A stretch of DNA of 64,000 nt from Chlorokybus atmophyticus (Eukaryota > Plantae > Mesostigma and Chlorokybus algae): positions 202,249 to 266,248 of the forward strand of contig RHPI01001507.1 of the NCBI GenBank assembly GCA_009103225.1, in the 5' to 3' direction. Below the pieces are notes generated by a model. The model was not told the origin of the DNA. It searched no databases and worked only from the letters and a program-made list of their open reading frames with translations. Below, in pieces: positions 25,369-37,400 of the stretch. Position numbers and translations under genes: made by a program. Each line of letters opens with the position of its first letter. Position 1 is the first letter of the stretch.

Positions 25369-27178
25369 CTACAACTTCTTTTTCCTGTCTGCTTTACTCT
25401 TCTCGTCAAATGCCACACATGTATCCGCCGCTAACTTCATCTGCAGCACAACATGATATAACAGCATCAGACACGCAACCACTCAATTCAGCACCCAGTG
25501 TGTTTATACATCACACATGCAACAACATACTCCCAAGCGATGATCTCGCCAATTCAATACCCACACATGCACGCATGCACGCATGCGCAAGTGCACGCGC
25601 AGACAGACACTTGCACACGCGCACGTACACGCATAGACAGCATGCAGCTGTCAATCTCACCTGCAGTACGTTCATGAGCTGCTTGAGTGCGCAGCCGGGC
25701 AGCGCAATCAGAAGCAGCGTCGGCGCCAAGTAGACGGGCTTGGCCATCCCCGGCAGTGAAACCTGTTTGGCATAACACCAATTATGGCACCCACGTATGC
25801 ATCCTACTCTCTGTGTGCACGTATGCGTGTGCTGACGTCAATGCATTCTGTGCACAGAGAAGCATGCACGTGAGCGCATGGGTGCACGCGTGTTTATACT
25901 TTTAGAGACCTGCATGCACACTGTAGATGCAATTGATACGTTAGGTGTGTACAGACGTGCGCATTCTCACAGACATGCATGTGGAGATAAAACCAACGAT
26001 CTCACTTATGTGACCTACGGTATCATGTGTTGCCATGCATGCCAGTTGCATAATGCAGCATGCAATCAAGGTTCCGTGCACGCACACGCATATGCAGGCT
26101 CATTAACAAACGACACAACAATATGACCAACATCGCAAACGTGTGTCCACTGCTAATACTCACGGATGGCCAGGTGTGGTAGCCGCGATCATGGAGGAGA
26201 TACAACATCAGGTACACCAGCTGCGCAAAACAAACCACACAGTAATCCATCAATCATCCGACTTAACATGCACAAAGCATGAGTGCAATCACCCTGCACG
26301 TGCGAGCGTGCGTGCGTGCGAGCGAGCGCCTGCGCGCACGAGCATGATCGTGTGCGTGTGTTTGTGTACGTTGCATGCATGCTTGCGTGTGTGCGTGTGT
26401 GTACGTGTGTGCGTGCCTATGCATGTGCGTGTGCATGCAAGTTACACGTATCTCATCCACTCACTTCCGCACTGACGCAGCAGTATCCCATGAATATTCG
26501 GTGCGAGTAGTACATCCGCAGGGGCCACGGCGTCCCCACGGCTACATTCTTATGACTCTGGTATGCCTCCAGATTGGTGCTGTTGCAAACAGACAGATGA
26601 TGCACATGCATACAGACAGGTATGTATATGAAAAAGCCACGCACGCATGCACGCACGCACATCCACTTGTCGTCGATTGCGTGAGTGGTTTTCAGCCTTG
26701 ATTCACCGACCAACTGAGTGACCAATGCAGGTTCTGTAGTTGAAACAAGTGTCCGATCACTCACTCACTGACTGGTTAGTTCAGTCACTGCCTGCCTGAT
26801 CAAACTGACTCATTGACTCATTGACTATCATGATGGCTGCATTGCTGCTGGCAAAGCTGACTCTAGTGATTCGTTGATTGAGTGGCTTGCTGTGTGTGAA
26901 CCAGCTCATGACATGGAATGCAGCCATCATGAGAGACTGGGTTTTCTGCGAGTAACAGCATAATACCAACATACGATGGATTGTTGAAGAACACAACATA
27001 CAAAGTGAGTCACAAAGTACCCACCTGTACATTCTCAACCAGTGGCTGGCGATGTCCAGAACCATCAGCCCGAGAAACAGCAAGAAGTGCTCTCTGAAGC
27101 CAAACATGACGGGTGAGTATCACACCCAACACACTCCATCACGCACACGCACATAAGTGCAAACACACTCCATCACAT

Positions 27179-27212
<34 letters not shown>

Positions 27213-29005
27213 GCGCGCACAAACACAAAACACCCATCTGTTTCCTTACTTGTATAGGTGCGAGAGCGTGAAGAGCAACGAGGCGGTGCACACGCGGTCG
27301 GTCACCATGTCAAGCACAGCGCCAAACGAGGAGGCTGTTGGGCAAAACACACAGTCATGGCAATGATAAACACAGTGATGAAGTGAGTTGTGCGTGCGTG
27401 CATGCGAATGCGTGTGTGTGCGCGTGTGCGTGTGTGCGTGCGCGTGTGTGCGTGCGCGTGTGTATTGAAGTCCGTGTGTGCGTGCATGCATGCGCATGTA
27501 TGCGTGTGGGTGTGCATATGTGAGAGTGTTTGTGTTATTGTTGCCCCCTACGCACTTTGGTTTAGTAGCCTGGCGAAGCGTCCGTCCAGCTCATCGCACG
27601 CAAAACTGCACACATAGTGAGCGTCGTGTTACTTCACCAATGCGACATTAAGTGTGTCTGTGCGCGTAGCTAGTTACTTTACGTTTATGTGTTGATTGCA
27701 TAAAAAGTCTGTCCAAAGATGTGCGTGTAGGTATGCATGCATGCAGGCATGCATGCAGAGTTGTGATTCTGTCACACAACATGCACATGGATGTGGCTAG
27801 CCTATGCATGTGTGGTGCATGACAGTAGCACACGCATGCATGTGTACTACTGTCATGCGTGTGCACACGTGTGTAGATGAATAGACATGAAGTTACGCAC
27901 ACATGCGTGTCCATATGCAACATACACTCCTGTGAGTTTGGCTACTGTATGGGAGATATGTACATCGGATGCACACAAAACATATGTCATAAACGTGTGT
28001 GTATGCCGACACATATGCCATCACACGCATGCATTAACACATAGGTGTGCACATGTTCAACTTGCAATGTCCATGTGCTTGCATAGTGAGCAAAGCTATA
28101 CACCCACCTTAGAAAGTAGAGGATCACGAACAAGGCTTTGTCTTTGAAAGCGAGGGCAAACGCCGTCATGGCGAATGCCACCCTCGCATAGCCTGCGATT
28201 GTGGCCGGCAACTGATGATTAAAGTGACATGGTATGTAACCCATACATGCATTGAGACGCTCGCACACACACATGCACGCACGCGTGAGCGCACACCCAT
28301 ACTCAGTGAATGTGCGCTTGTGTTTTTGTCAGTACAACACAACAATCACCGCTCGCAGTACTGGCACAACTCTGTGCGCGTGCATGTGTGTGGTTCTGTG
28401 TATGCACATGTGCGAGTATGTATGCGCACACGTACACGCATGCATGCGTGTGCGCGTGTATGCATGCGCGCGTGCGTGTGCATGCATATGTGCGTGTGCA
28501 CGCGTGTTCGCATGGCACGACTAACTGCATGTTGGCATGTTTATGCGTCTGCTTGCTTTTGGGAAAGCATACACTGGTGCACGACAATATATGCCTCGTG
28601 TCATACAAGACTGTACTACATGCATGCACGTCGGTTGAGCCACTTTGCCTGTAAAGAAGCATGCTTGTTACACAAACATGTAACACTTGCAGTATTTTTT
28701 CCGTATCCATTTCTAGTCTTGATACCAACGTCAGAATAGCAAACAACAAGGATACAGCTCGTACACTACATTACAACAAACCATCTTCTATTACTACAAA
28801 AAACACAAAGTGTTCTATGGGATACGTGTCCTTCGCAGTTGAGCTTTTGTTAGTTCCACATTGATTGGCCTTATTACACAGCGAGTCAGTCATGCTTTTT
28901 CTGTCAATCTCAAGCTTAGCAACCTCTGCCAATAGCTGTCAACCAATGCTGCTGCTGCTGCTGCTCACCAATGAGGTTTGGCACATAGAGGTAAACCGAC
29001 ACCAT
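25369..29005 (-). CDS. PIS1: Phosphatidylinositol synthase (CDP-alcohol phosphatidyltransferase), 9 exons
   Basis: MVSVYLYVPNLIGYARV, CDELDGRFARLLNQ.SSFGAVLDMVTDR (DGxxARxxxQxSxFGxxLDxxxD motif), LDIASHW, SHK, YxxRIFMGYCCVSAE, [14 protein letters not shown]. Confidence 0.95.
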
Positions 29006-29418
29006 CTCCTATGCCTAGGCCTGCCACCTCGGCCGGGCTGCCACCGCCGTCCAACCCTCCACAGCGACGGCCTCCAGACCAACACCCACGCCCACGCCCA
29101 CGCCACCAGCTACGCCCACCACGACGCCGCCGCCACCACCACCGCCGCCCCCGCCTAAAGTTAACTACCAGAAGGACTAATCAGCTACTTCATGCGTTTG
29201 ACAAGAACCTTTAGCCATGTTGATGTCGGTGCCAACGAGATATCGCTTTGTGCAAGAGTTCCTGTACAAAGCGTGGATATACAGTCGACATACCAGATAT
29301 CTGCGTGTGACGAACTTGTTGTTGACAGCAGCTTTTTCTGTGTAGTTTTTGCTGGACTTCTCTCACAGCCAGTGGCTGCGTCGTGGCGGCGGCGGCGGCG
29401 GTGAAGGCGGCGGCGAGG

Positions 29419-32400
29419 ATGGCGGGGTTGGTTGCGTGCCTCGCCGTGAGCGTGCTTGTCATTGGTGTCGTCAGTGGCGCTGAGTCCGTTGACACTGGCG
29501 TCGGCGGGGGGCTGCGCCGCATTGACGAGTACAGAGACATGCCTGGTGAGTGGAGCGGAGAGGCTGGCGTATATGGGTTTTGTACGTGTTCAGAAGGGTC
29601 ACATTGCCCACCAATGTTGCCACCACTGGTTTGTCAGGCATCCAACTTACACGACAGCTACTCACAATGAAGCCTGTTTCATTGCCAATGACACATCTGG
29701 CTGGTGTCATTTGACAGTCTTGTCTGACCTATGCCTGGTCATACCATTGTGGCAATGGGCTGCTTTAGCTTTGGAGTTGAGTTTGATATCACTGCATGGT
29801 AGCTTTGTTTCGCTTCATGTAGTTGTATGTGCACATGTCGGCTTCAAGCTTTCGCAAGAATGTCATAGAGTGAGTTCCAATGTGGCCAATCACATGAGAC
29901 CAAACACGTTCCTTGTGCACACCTCACATTCAATATGACTCCACTCCATCCGCTCCTGCAGGCAACACCAAATACGAACACATCATAAGCGAGCCAGCAT
30001 ACAAGCGCGCGGATCATGCGAATGACGCGTTGCCTGCTAACTTCGACTGGCGCGACGTGGACGGTATGGAAAACATGTTATGTATGTGTTCGTGCACACG
30101 CACAGGCGGACACGTGCGTGTTTGCATGCGTGAGCGCACGCGCGCACACACGTGCACTTGCTCACGCACAAGCACACACGCGCGCGCGCATGTGCATGCG
30201 TGCCTATGACTGTGATGTGCATCTTTATGTGGGTGTGCACGGCTCAAGTGTCCACTATGATGAGCTTCCTTAGTCTCATCACGTGCAGGGGTCAACTATT
30301 GCACTCGGGAACTGAACCAGCACATCCCGGTCTACTGCGGTGAGACACTCTTCTTGTGCCACGCTCATTTGTCTCATTGACCACGTGCGGATGTAGTCGA
30401 TGCCAACATTGCTCAGTTGCTCTGTTCATTCACGCAATGCATGCACCTTGTACACACGTATCTGTTTTGGTTTGTTCACTCAGCACTCACTGAGTCTCTT
30501 TCAATCACTCGCTCACTTACTGGCTCATCACCTTTGTGCAGGCTCGTGTTGGGCGCACGCGGCAGTGAGCGCGTTGCAAGACCGCATGAAGATCTCGCGC
30601 AAGGCGCGCTTTCCCGACATCCACCTCTCCATCCAAGTGTATGCATGCATAGTTGGATGCGTGTTGAGTGTTGGGGTCATATGTGTAGTACGCATGCTCG
30701 CATGCGCACGCACACCACGCAGAGATACGCATCCTCGTGCATGCGTGGGCAGGCGCACGCATGCCCGCCCACACGCATGTACACCGGCATGCTTGCATCC
30801 ACACAAACATACATGGGCATGTGCGCGCACGTCAAACACATGTGCGTAGCCACACGCATGTAGGCACGAACCCACACATGCAACTCCACATCTCCACGTA
30901 CGCGTGTTTATGCGCAAAACCATTCGTGATACCTTGCATGCACAGCATATAAAGCTTTTAGATGTAACACATCCCCGGGTGCAGTTACTTCCCTCTGTGC
31001 CTCTCACTCACTGTTACAACATAACAATTCTCACTTTCTCTCCACGAATCTCAGCCTGCTCAACTGCGCGCGCAAGACGGCCGGTTCGTGCGTTGGCGGG
31101 TCGCCGTCGGGAGTGTACCAGTACGTGCACGAGAAGGGACTGCCGCACGAGACGTGCCAGGTACTACTTTACAGAACAACATTAGGGTAACGTTGTTGAA
31201 TGGTTTTGGGTAGGCTTGCTCAGGCAGCTGTGTACGTACAAGGGCCACAGTCTCCATTGTAACGCTATTCCTAGTACTCCCTACCTGTTGTTTCACGCAG
31301 TTGATGGGGTCATCTGACACATGCACATGCACATGATCGCCCGTGCGCACCCACATGCACGCGCGCGTCTGCCCCCACCCCCACTCACTCACCCCCACCC
31401 GCAGGTCTACCGCGCCATCGACGACATCTGCTCCCCCTCCACCCTCTGCCGCACCTGCGTCCCCCCCGTCGGACAGCCCAGCGGATGCGTTTCCGTGAAG
31501 AACTACACGACGTATGGCGTCGAGGAGTACGGACGGATCGCAGGGGAAGAAGACATGGTGAGTTGAGGGGGTGGGTGGCTGCTTTACTCTTCTCGTCAAA
31601 TGCCACACATGTATCCGCCGCTAACTTCATCTGCAGCACAACATGATATAACAGCATCAGACACGCAACCACTCAATTCAGCACCCAGTGTGTTTATACA
31701 TCACACATGCAACAACATACTCCCAAGCGATGATCTCGCCAATTCAATACCCACACATGCACGCATGCACGCATGCGCAAGTGCACGCGCAGACAGACAC
31801 TTGCACACGCGCACGTACACGCANTGTGCATCTGGTGGTTGGAATCAGTGGAGTAAGTGAATTTCAGTGCTTGATCGTTAGGTTGACTGAATGACTGATT
31901 GAGTAGTTGACTGAGTGAACGACTGAGTTACTGACTGATACGCTGTTTGCATGAACGATAGACTGTCCTGGGGTGATGGGATCAACTAGTCTTTATCAAC
32001 TAGTCTTTGTGTGCAGATGAATGAAGTGTACCACAGAGGTCCGGTTGCGTGCGGGATTGACGCCAACAACGTGTTGGAGGAGTACACCGGCGGCGTCATA
32101 ACTTACAAGTGAGTGAGGAGACGCTGTCTGATACAACGAGTGTTCCACAAGATCATCAGTCCGTTGTGTTGCTGATGCCAAAGTGGTTTACTCAGTGGCA
32201 CGGCGAAGGTCAATCACATTGTGAGCGTTGTCGGATGGGGCGAAGAAGCGAACGGGCTCAAGTACTGGATCGTGCGCAACTCATGGGTAAGCAACAGTGA
32301 TGTCTAATTGATGGCCTTTATGCCTGGGGTCTTGTGCGTGCATGGACAGGCTCATGACTTTCACAATCTGCTTGGCACTATAACTACATGCAATGAGGAA

Positions 32401-32805
32401 CTTGCTTGTGATGGTATGCGTGCCATTGATGCGCAGTGCCAGGTGTATGTATGCAAACACCTGGCAGTGTACTGTGTACGCACAGCCAGGTGAGTGGATG
32501 CAGGTTACTGTTGAGTGATGTTAGTGTTGATGTCTAGTATAACACAATCCATTGTGCTATACTAGTAATGTTATCATGCAAGTCCGTGTTTGGCCAACAA
32601 TCTCATCACCCGCGTTGTTCAGGGTACCTACTGGGGCGAGGGCGGCTGGTTTCGCCTCCAGCGCGGCATCAACTCGTTACAGATAGAGAAGTTCTGCGCG
32701 TGGGCGACGCCCGGGGGATGGCGCGACGCTATGGGTGATGTCGCTGCCGGCAAGCTGTTGTCGAGGCCGCACGTGCCTGGCACGGCATCAACAAGCTCAA
32801 TATGA
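29419..32805 (+). CDS. CTSZ: Cathepsin X/Z-like papain-family cysteine protease (C1A), secreted
   Basis: Signal peptide, short propeptide, [24 protein letters not shown] (HIP insertion typical of cathepsin X), [35 protein letters not shown]. Confidence 0.9.
31579..31823. repeat. Exact 245-bp copy of 25389-25633 (PIS last exon and adjacent intron) inside a cathepsin intron, ending at an N
   Basis: Base-for-base identity at an offset of 6190 bp; right edge abuts the single N at 31824. Confidence 0.9.
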
Positions 32806-32994
32806 AGGTTGAGTAGCATGGGTTGATGTGCTTACAGAAGTAGTCATTTGTAGTCAATAAGCTCCTACAGAGTTGAGTTCCATGTATAAGAGCCGTCTTG
32901 GATTGTGTACCTTGATGTTGAGTATTGGTTGTGAGTTGTTGAGTGGCCCTAGTATGCATGCGTTACCAGGTGGTGCGTAGTGTATGATAAGGAG

Positions 32995-32995
<1 letters not shown>

Positions 32996-33067
<72 letters not shown>

Positions 33068-33292
33068 NNNNNNNNNNNNNNNNNNNNNNNNNNNNNNNNN
33101 NNNNNNNNNNNNNNNNNNNNNNNNNNNNNNNNNNNNNNNNNNNNNNNNNNNNNNNNNNNNNNNNNNNNNNNNNNNNNNNNNNNNNNNNNNNNNNNNNNNN
33201 NNNNNNNNNNNNNNNNNNNNNNNNNNNNNNNNNNNNNNNNNNNNNNNNNNNNNNNNNNNNNNNNNNNNNNNNNNNNNNNNNNNNNNNNNNNN

Positions 33293-33332
<40 letters not shown>
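32996..33332. repeat. (CT)n microsatellite flanking an assembly gap (N 33068-33291)
   Basis: Direct reading of the sequence. Confidence 0.95.
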
Positions 33333-33339
<7 letters not shown>

Positions 33340-34443
33340 ATATGTGTGTGTGTGTGTGTGTGTGCATGACTAGCAGGTTTGGGCTAGAGTGCTACCACTA
33401 TAGCCCAACCCTGCTAGTCTTCTGCTTCCCTACATACCACTACTGATATGTAGGGAAGCAGATGGAGATAGTTCAGGCCGGTGGTTGTGCGTGCGTGCGG
33501 CGGCGTGAAGTGTCGTGTTCTTGTGTGGGGTGGCACTACAACCATGTTAAAGGTGTGCGAAGCATCTTGCATGCATGCATTCTGACATTGCGTTCTTGTT
33601 GACTCATTGTTGGGTTTTCTCACAAGATGTTCTCCTCGCATTGTGAAAACGTCATGCGTGCGCAATTGACCATTGGAGGGAGAGACATATTTATATACAT
33701 ACTGCAATTCTCTAAGCGTGACATGTGTGATATCTTATGTCGCAATTAGACAACCAAGCTGCAGGCAATCAATCAATCAGCATGCCTAACCAAAGCGTGC
33801 CACTCCCAACAAACGGCACCGCAATGCATTCTCTCATCCAGAACGCTTACAGAAACGGTTCGACCGGTTCGTCAATTTGAACCGGCGTCACCGAAGGCTC
33901 CGTGACAGCATCCGCTTGCACTTGCAAAGCCACAGCCCCCCCAAATGCCCGAATCACCGGTCACTTAGCCGGCGATTTCGTTACTTTCGACCACACTCCA
34001 GGTAAAAGATACGAGACACATTATGGAAGTTGATGCTTGTACCAAACACTTCCCTACCACTGTCCGGTAAGTACAACAAGGCTGTGGCAATTATTAGGGT
34101 TACGCAGCTTCGCTTCTGGAAAGGGGACAGCTGGCAGGCGCAGGGGGCGGGCGGCAGCGTTGTCGTCCTTGTCCTCGTCGTCCTTCTTGTCGAAGGCCTG
34201 TTTACGAAGAACGCTCTTGGTCCGGTCGCTGGATCTGTGCTACACAGCTGGTGTGCCCTCTGACCCGTTTGGTGTCAGGCCAACAAGGCCTAGGATAGTC
34301 TGGGCCAGGCTAGATCAGGCCAGGCCAAGCCAGGCTAGCTGAGGTGATGGCCTCGTTTACTGTGCATTAGTGGCGGATTGCTGCACTGAGGCGCTATCAT
34401 CAAGCAGCATCAATTGGGGAACGGTTGTTGTCTCTCCCTAAGC

Positions 34444-37400
34444 ATGGCGGACGCCGCTCGCACGCCTCTCCGTCAGGTTTGCAAGATTGATTGTGTCAAA
34501 CAGATTTCAGCAGCAGGCGCTTTGTGGTTCTTGTTTGCAACACAACTGGCTTTGTTTGTTCTGTGCGGCGGCCATCAGAGACAAGTGCACATACCTCTTG
34601 TTACGATTGTGATTAACTTGCACTGAAACTGCAACACCATTGTCACTGAATGAAGCAATCAGAAACAAGTACAAACCAGTGAGCACACGTTACATCGTGC
34701 AATCAAACTGTACAGTTCGGATTGTGACACAGCCTCACATAAACAGTAAACGTGCTGCACAGACGGGCTGACATTTTCAACACTGTTGTGACACCTCAGC
34801 CGTGCTTATGCTTGCGCACAGCTGCGACTCTGGGGTCATGAGCTGCGTGGCAGAACCTATCGTGACGTGGATCATCTGATGGGAATACACTGTGTCAAGT
34901 ATATGTTGCATGGTATGCATTGCACAACACGGTAGAAATGCAGTAAACATGCAGTCTGTATATACATCGTTCAGTGTGTACGTCGTACCCTGGTGTGTCT
35001 TTCTCATGAACATTGCACGCCAGCATTAGCACAGGCACTGTTGATAGGCACCGTAGGACTGTACATCATGCATGTCTAGCGTCCATACGCGTGCGTGCTC
35101 AGCTCAATAAGATAAGACAGCATGCCGCAGTGCCAGTCAATGCTGTGCTGTTGGTCATGTCGTAGCAAGCGCACACACACGCACATGCACACTCATGCAA
35201 ACTCACCTTATGCGCAGGGCGAAGCCGCGAGCGTGCCATCTCCTCATCCCTCTGGTCCCAAGCCTCAAAACTCCTCCGTCGCATCCGACTGGGCAATGCG
35301 ATCAGGTACTTTACAGGTTGTGGGTGTATGTCAACAGGCCCCACCGGCAGAAGGCTGGTGTTTGAAAACAATGGTGAGAGTCATGATGCAACATTTGTAC
35401 AGGTACGGCTGAGGGCGGGCCGACAATCCCACTCAACTCGGCCGAGCGCGACGGATCCGTCATGGTCGCGCCTTTCCGGATCGAAGGGGCGGCCACGGAA
35501 GCCATACTCACCGCGGACTGGCTGGTGTGGGGAAAGATTGAAACCAACAAAACGGGGGTATGTTGTTCTTCTCACACAACATGAACGTACCAGTACTTGT
35601 TGTGTTCTTGAGCAGACAGGGTGCGTGTACACATGTCTCAAAAGGAAAAGTCTGACCAAGTCTTCTGATTGACGATGGCTGGAGCATTCAAGCTATTGGC
35701 TATTTGCGCATGCCATGAGTTCATGTATCATCATGTGCAAGTCGTGTGCATTTGTACTGTCTGCTGCACGTAGCGTAGTTGCATGGAGCACACTGCATAG
35801 CATGACTTGCAGCATCCGACATAGTTTGCTGTCGGGGTGTGTTAGTCCAATATAGGCAGTGTAGTTGCATGGAGTACAGATTGATGTGTGACCTTCAGCG
35901 TCTGCCACTACTGCTTATATGTCACTGTCAGTGTTAGTAGTTATAATACGCGTCAATAGTAGTAGTAGTAGTAGTTGCTGATGTACTTGAGCTTGCATCC
36001 TGTGTGACTGCACCAGAGGCTGTGGCACTGTGGTTTGCAGCTTATGCGTGTTTATTTTAACTGTGTCACACCTGTGTTCAGGTGAATCTGGCAGCCAAGC
36101 CGCTTCGCCCCGGCCGCCAGCAGACCGGCTGCGTGCCCATCTGCGAGATCATCGCCGTGCATCACCTGCCGTCCAAGCCCGCGCCCGGCACGTTCGCCGC
36201 GCTGGCGGGATGCTGCGCGCCGGATTGCGTCGAGGGAGAGGCGGATCAGGTATGGGCTGCTTGACTGAGTGTGTATGCATGCATGTGTGCACTTTCCCAA
36301 TTATCGTAAGAAGTGCACACATCAAGTATAAGGTAGGAATTGCATCTTCGTTTGACGTAACCATGTTCGTATGGGTGAACGCACGCGCACACACATATGT
36401 GCGCGCGTGCGCGTCTATGGGTATTCATGTATACGTGTGTATCAGTGCATCCACACACATGCATGTCAATGCATGCGTGCATTGACATGCATGTATGTGG
36501 GTGCACTTATTTGCTTCATCAACTTGTACATTGCAATCGTGACATGTATCTTTTAGGTACATCGCTTTGCGGTACACACATTTGAGCGGCCCGGCAAAGC
36601 TCCCAGCGACTGGAAGCCGAGGCAGCTAGTCTTCGCCACCACCAGCGTATCGACTGCGAGAGAGTGGGTGTCAAGACTGCAGAGTCTTCTGAAAGGGTTC
36701 CCAGCACGGCCACGACGCTTGCTGGTACACTAAAAACAACAACATTGCCTAACTACATTACTTCACACAAAGTATACTACATGACTACTACTTGACTGTA
36801 CACTGTGTATGTATATTTTTCTCCTAGTCTGCATGCATTGTGTATTATACAACCATGTCGTGTGTGTGAAATCATCACAGTTATCGTGCTAAAGGCAAGC
36901 TGTGCAGAATGCGGGACTCGATGCAGTTGAGCTTTATATGAGTAAAAGCATCATGAAGTTTTATGTACAGTGTACAGCACAACAACATCATGTTTTGAAT
37001 GGCAGGTGTTTGTAAACCCTTACGGCGGCAAGCGCATGGCCCTCAACATCTGGCTCTCTAAAGTGGCCCCGCTGTTCGAGCTGGCCGGCATCCAGTGCCA
37101 CGTCATCCAGACGCAGCGGGCCGGACATGCCCGCGACCACATGGCGCAGGCGACCGCGGAGGAGCTCAACGGATACGACGGCGTCGTGGTGGTGGTGCGT
37201 GTCCGGGTCTCTTCCCTACAGCAGTTCTTTGTCCGAATGTGGCCTCGTGTCATGTGGCTTCACATGTTGGGTTGCTGCATATGCTTGTTGGATCGCATGT
37301 AACCTGTCATACCATTTCACAACTGGAATGTGTTTCATGCAGTACACAGAAAAAGTATGTAACTGTGTTGGATGACATTCCAGTTCAAATATATGTAACC

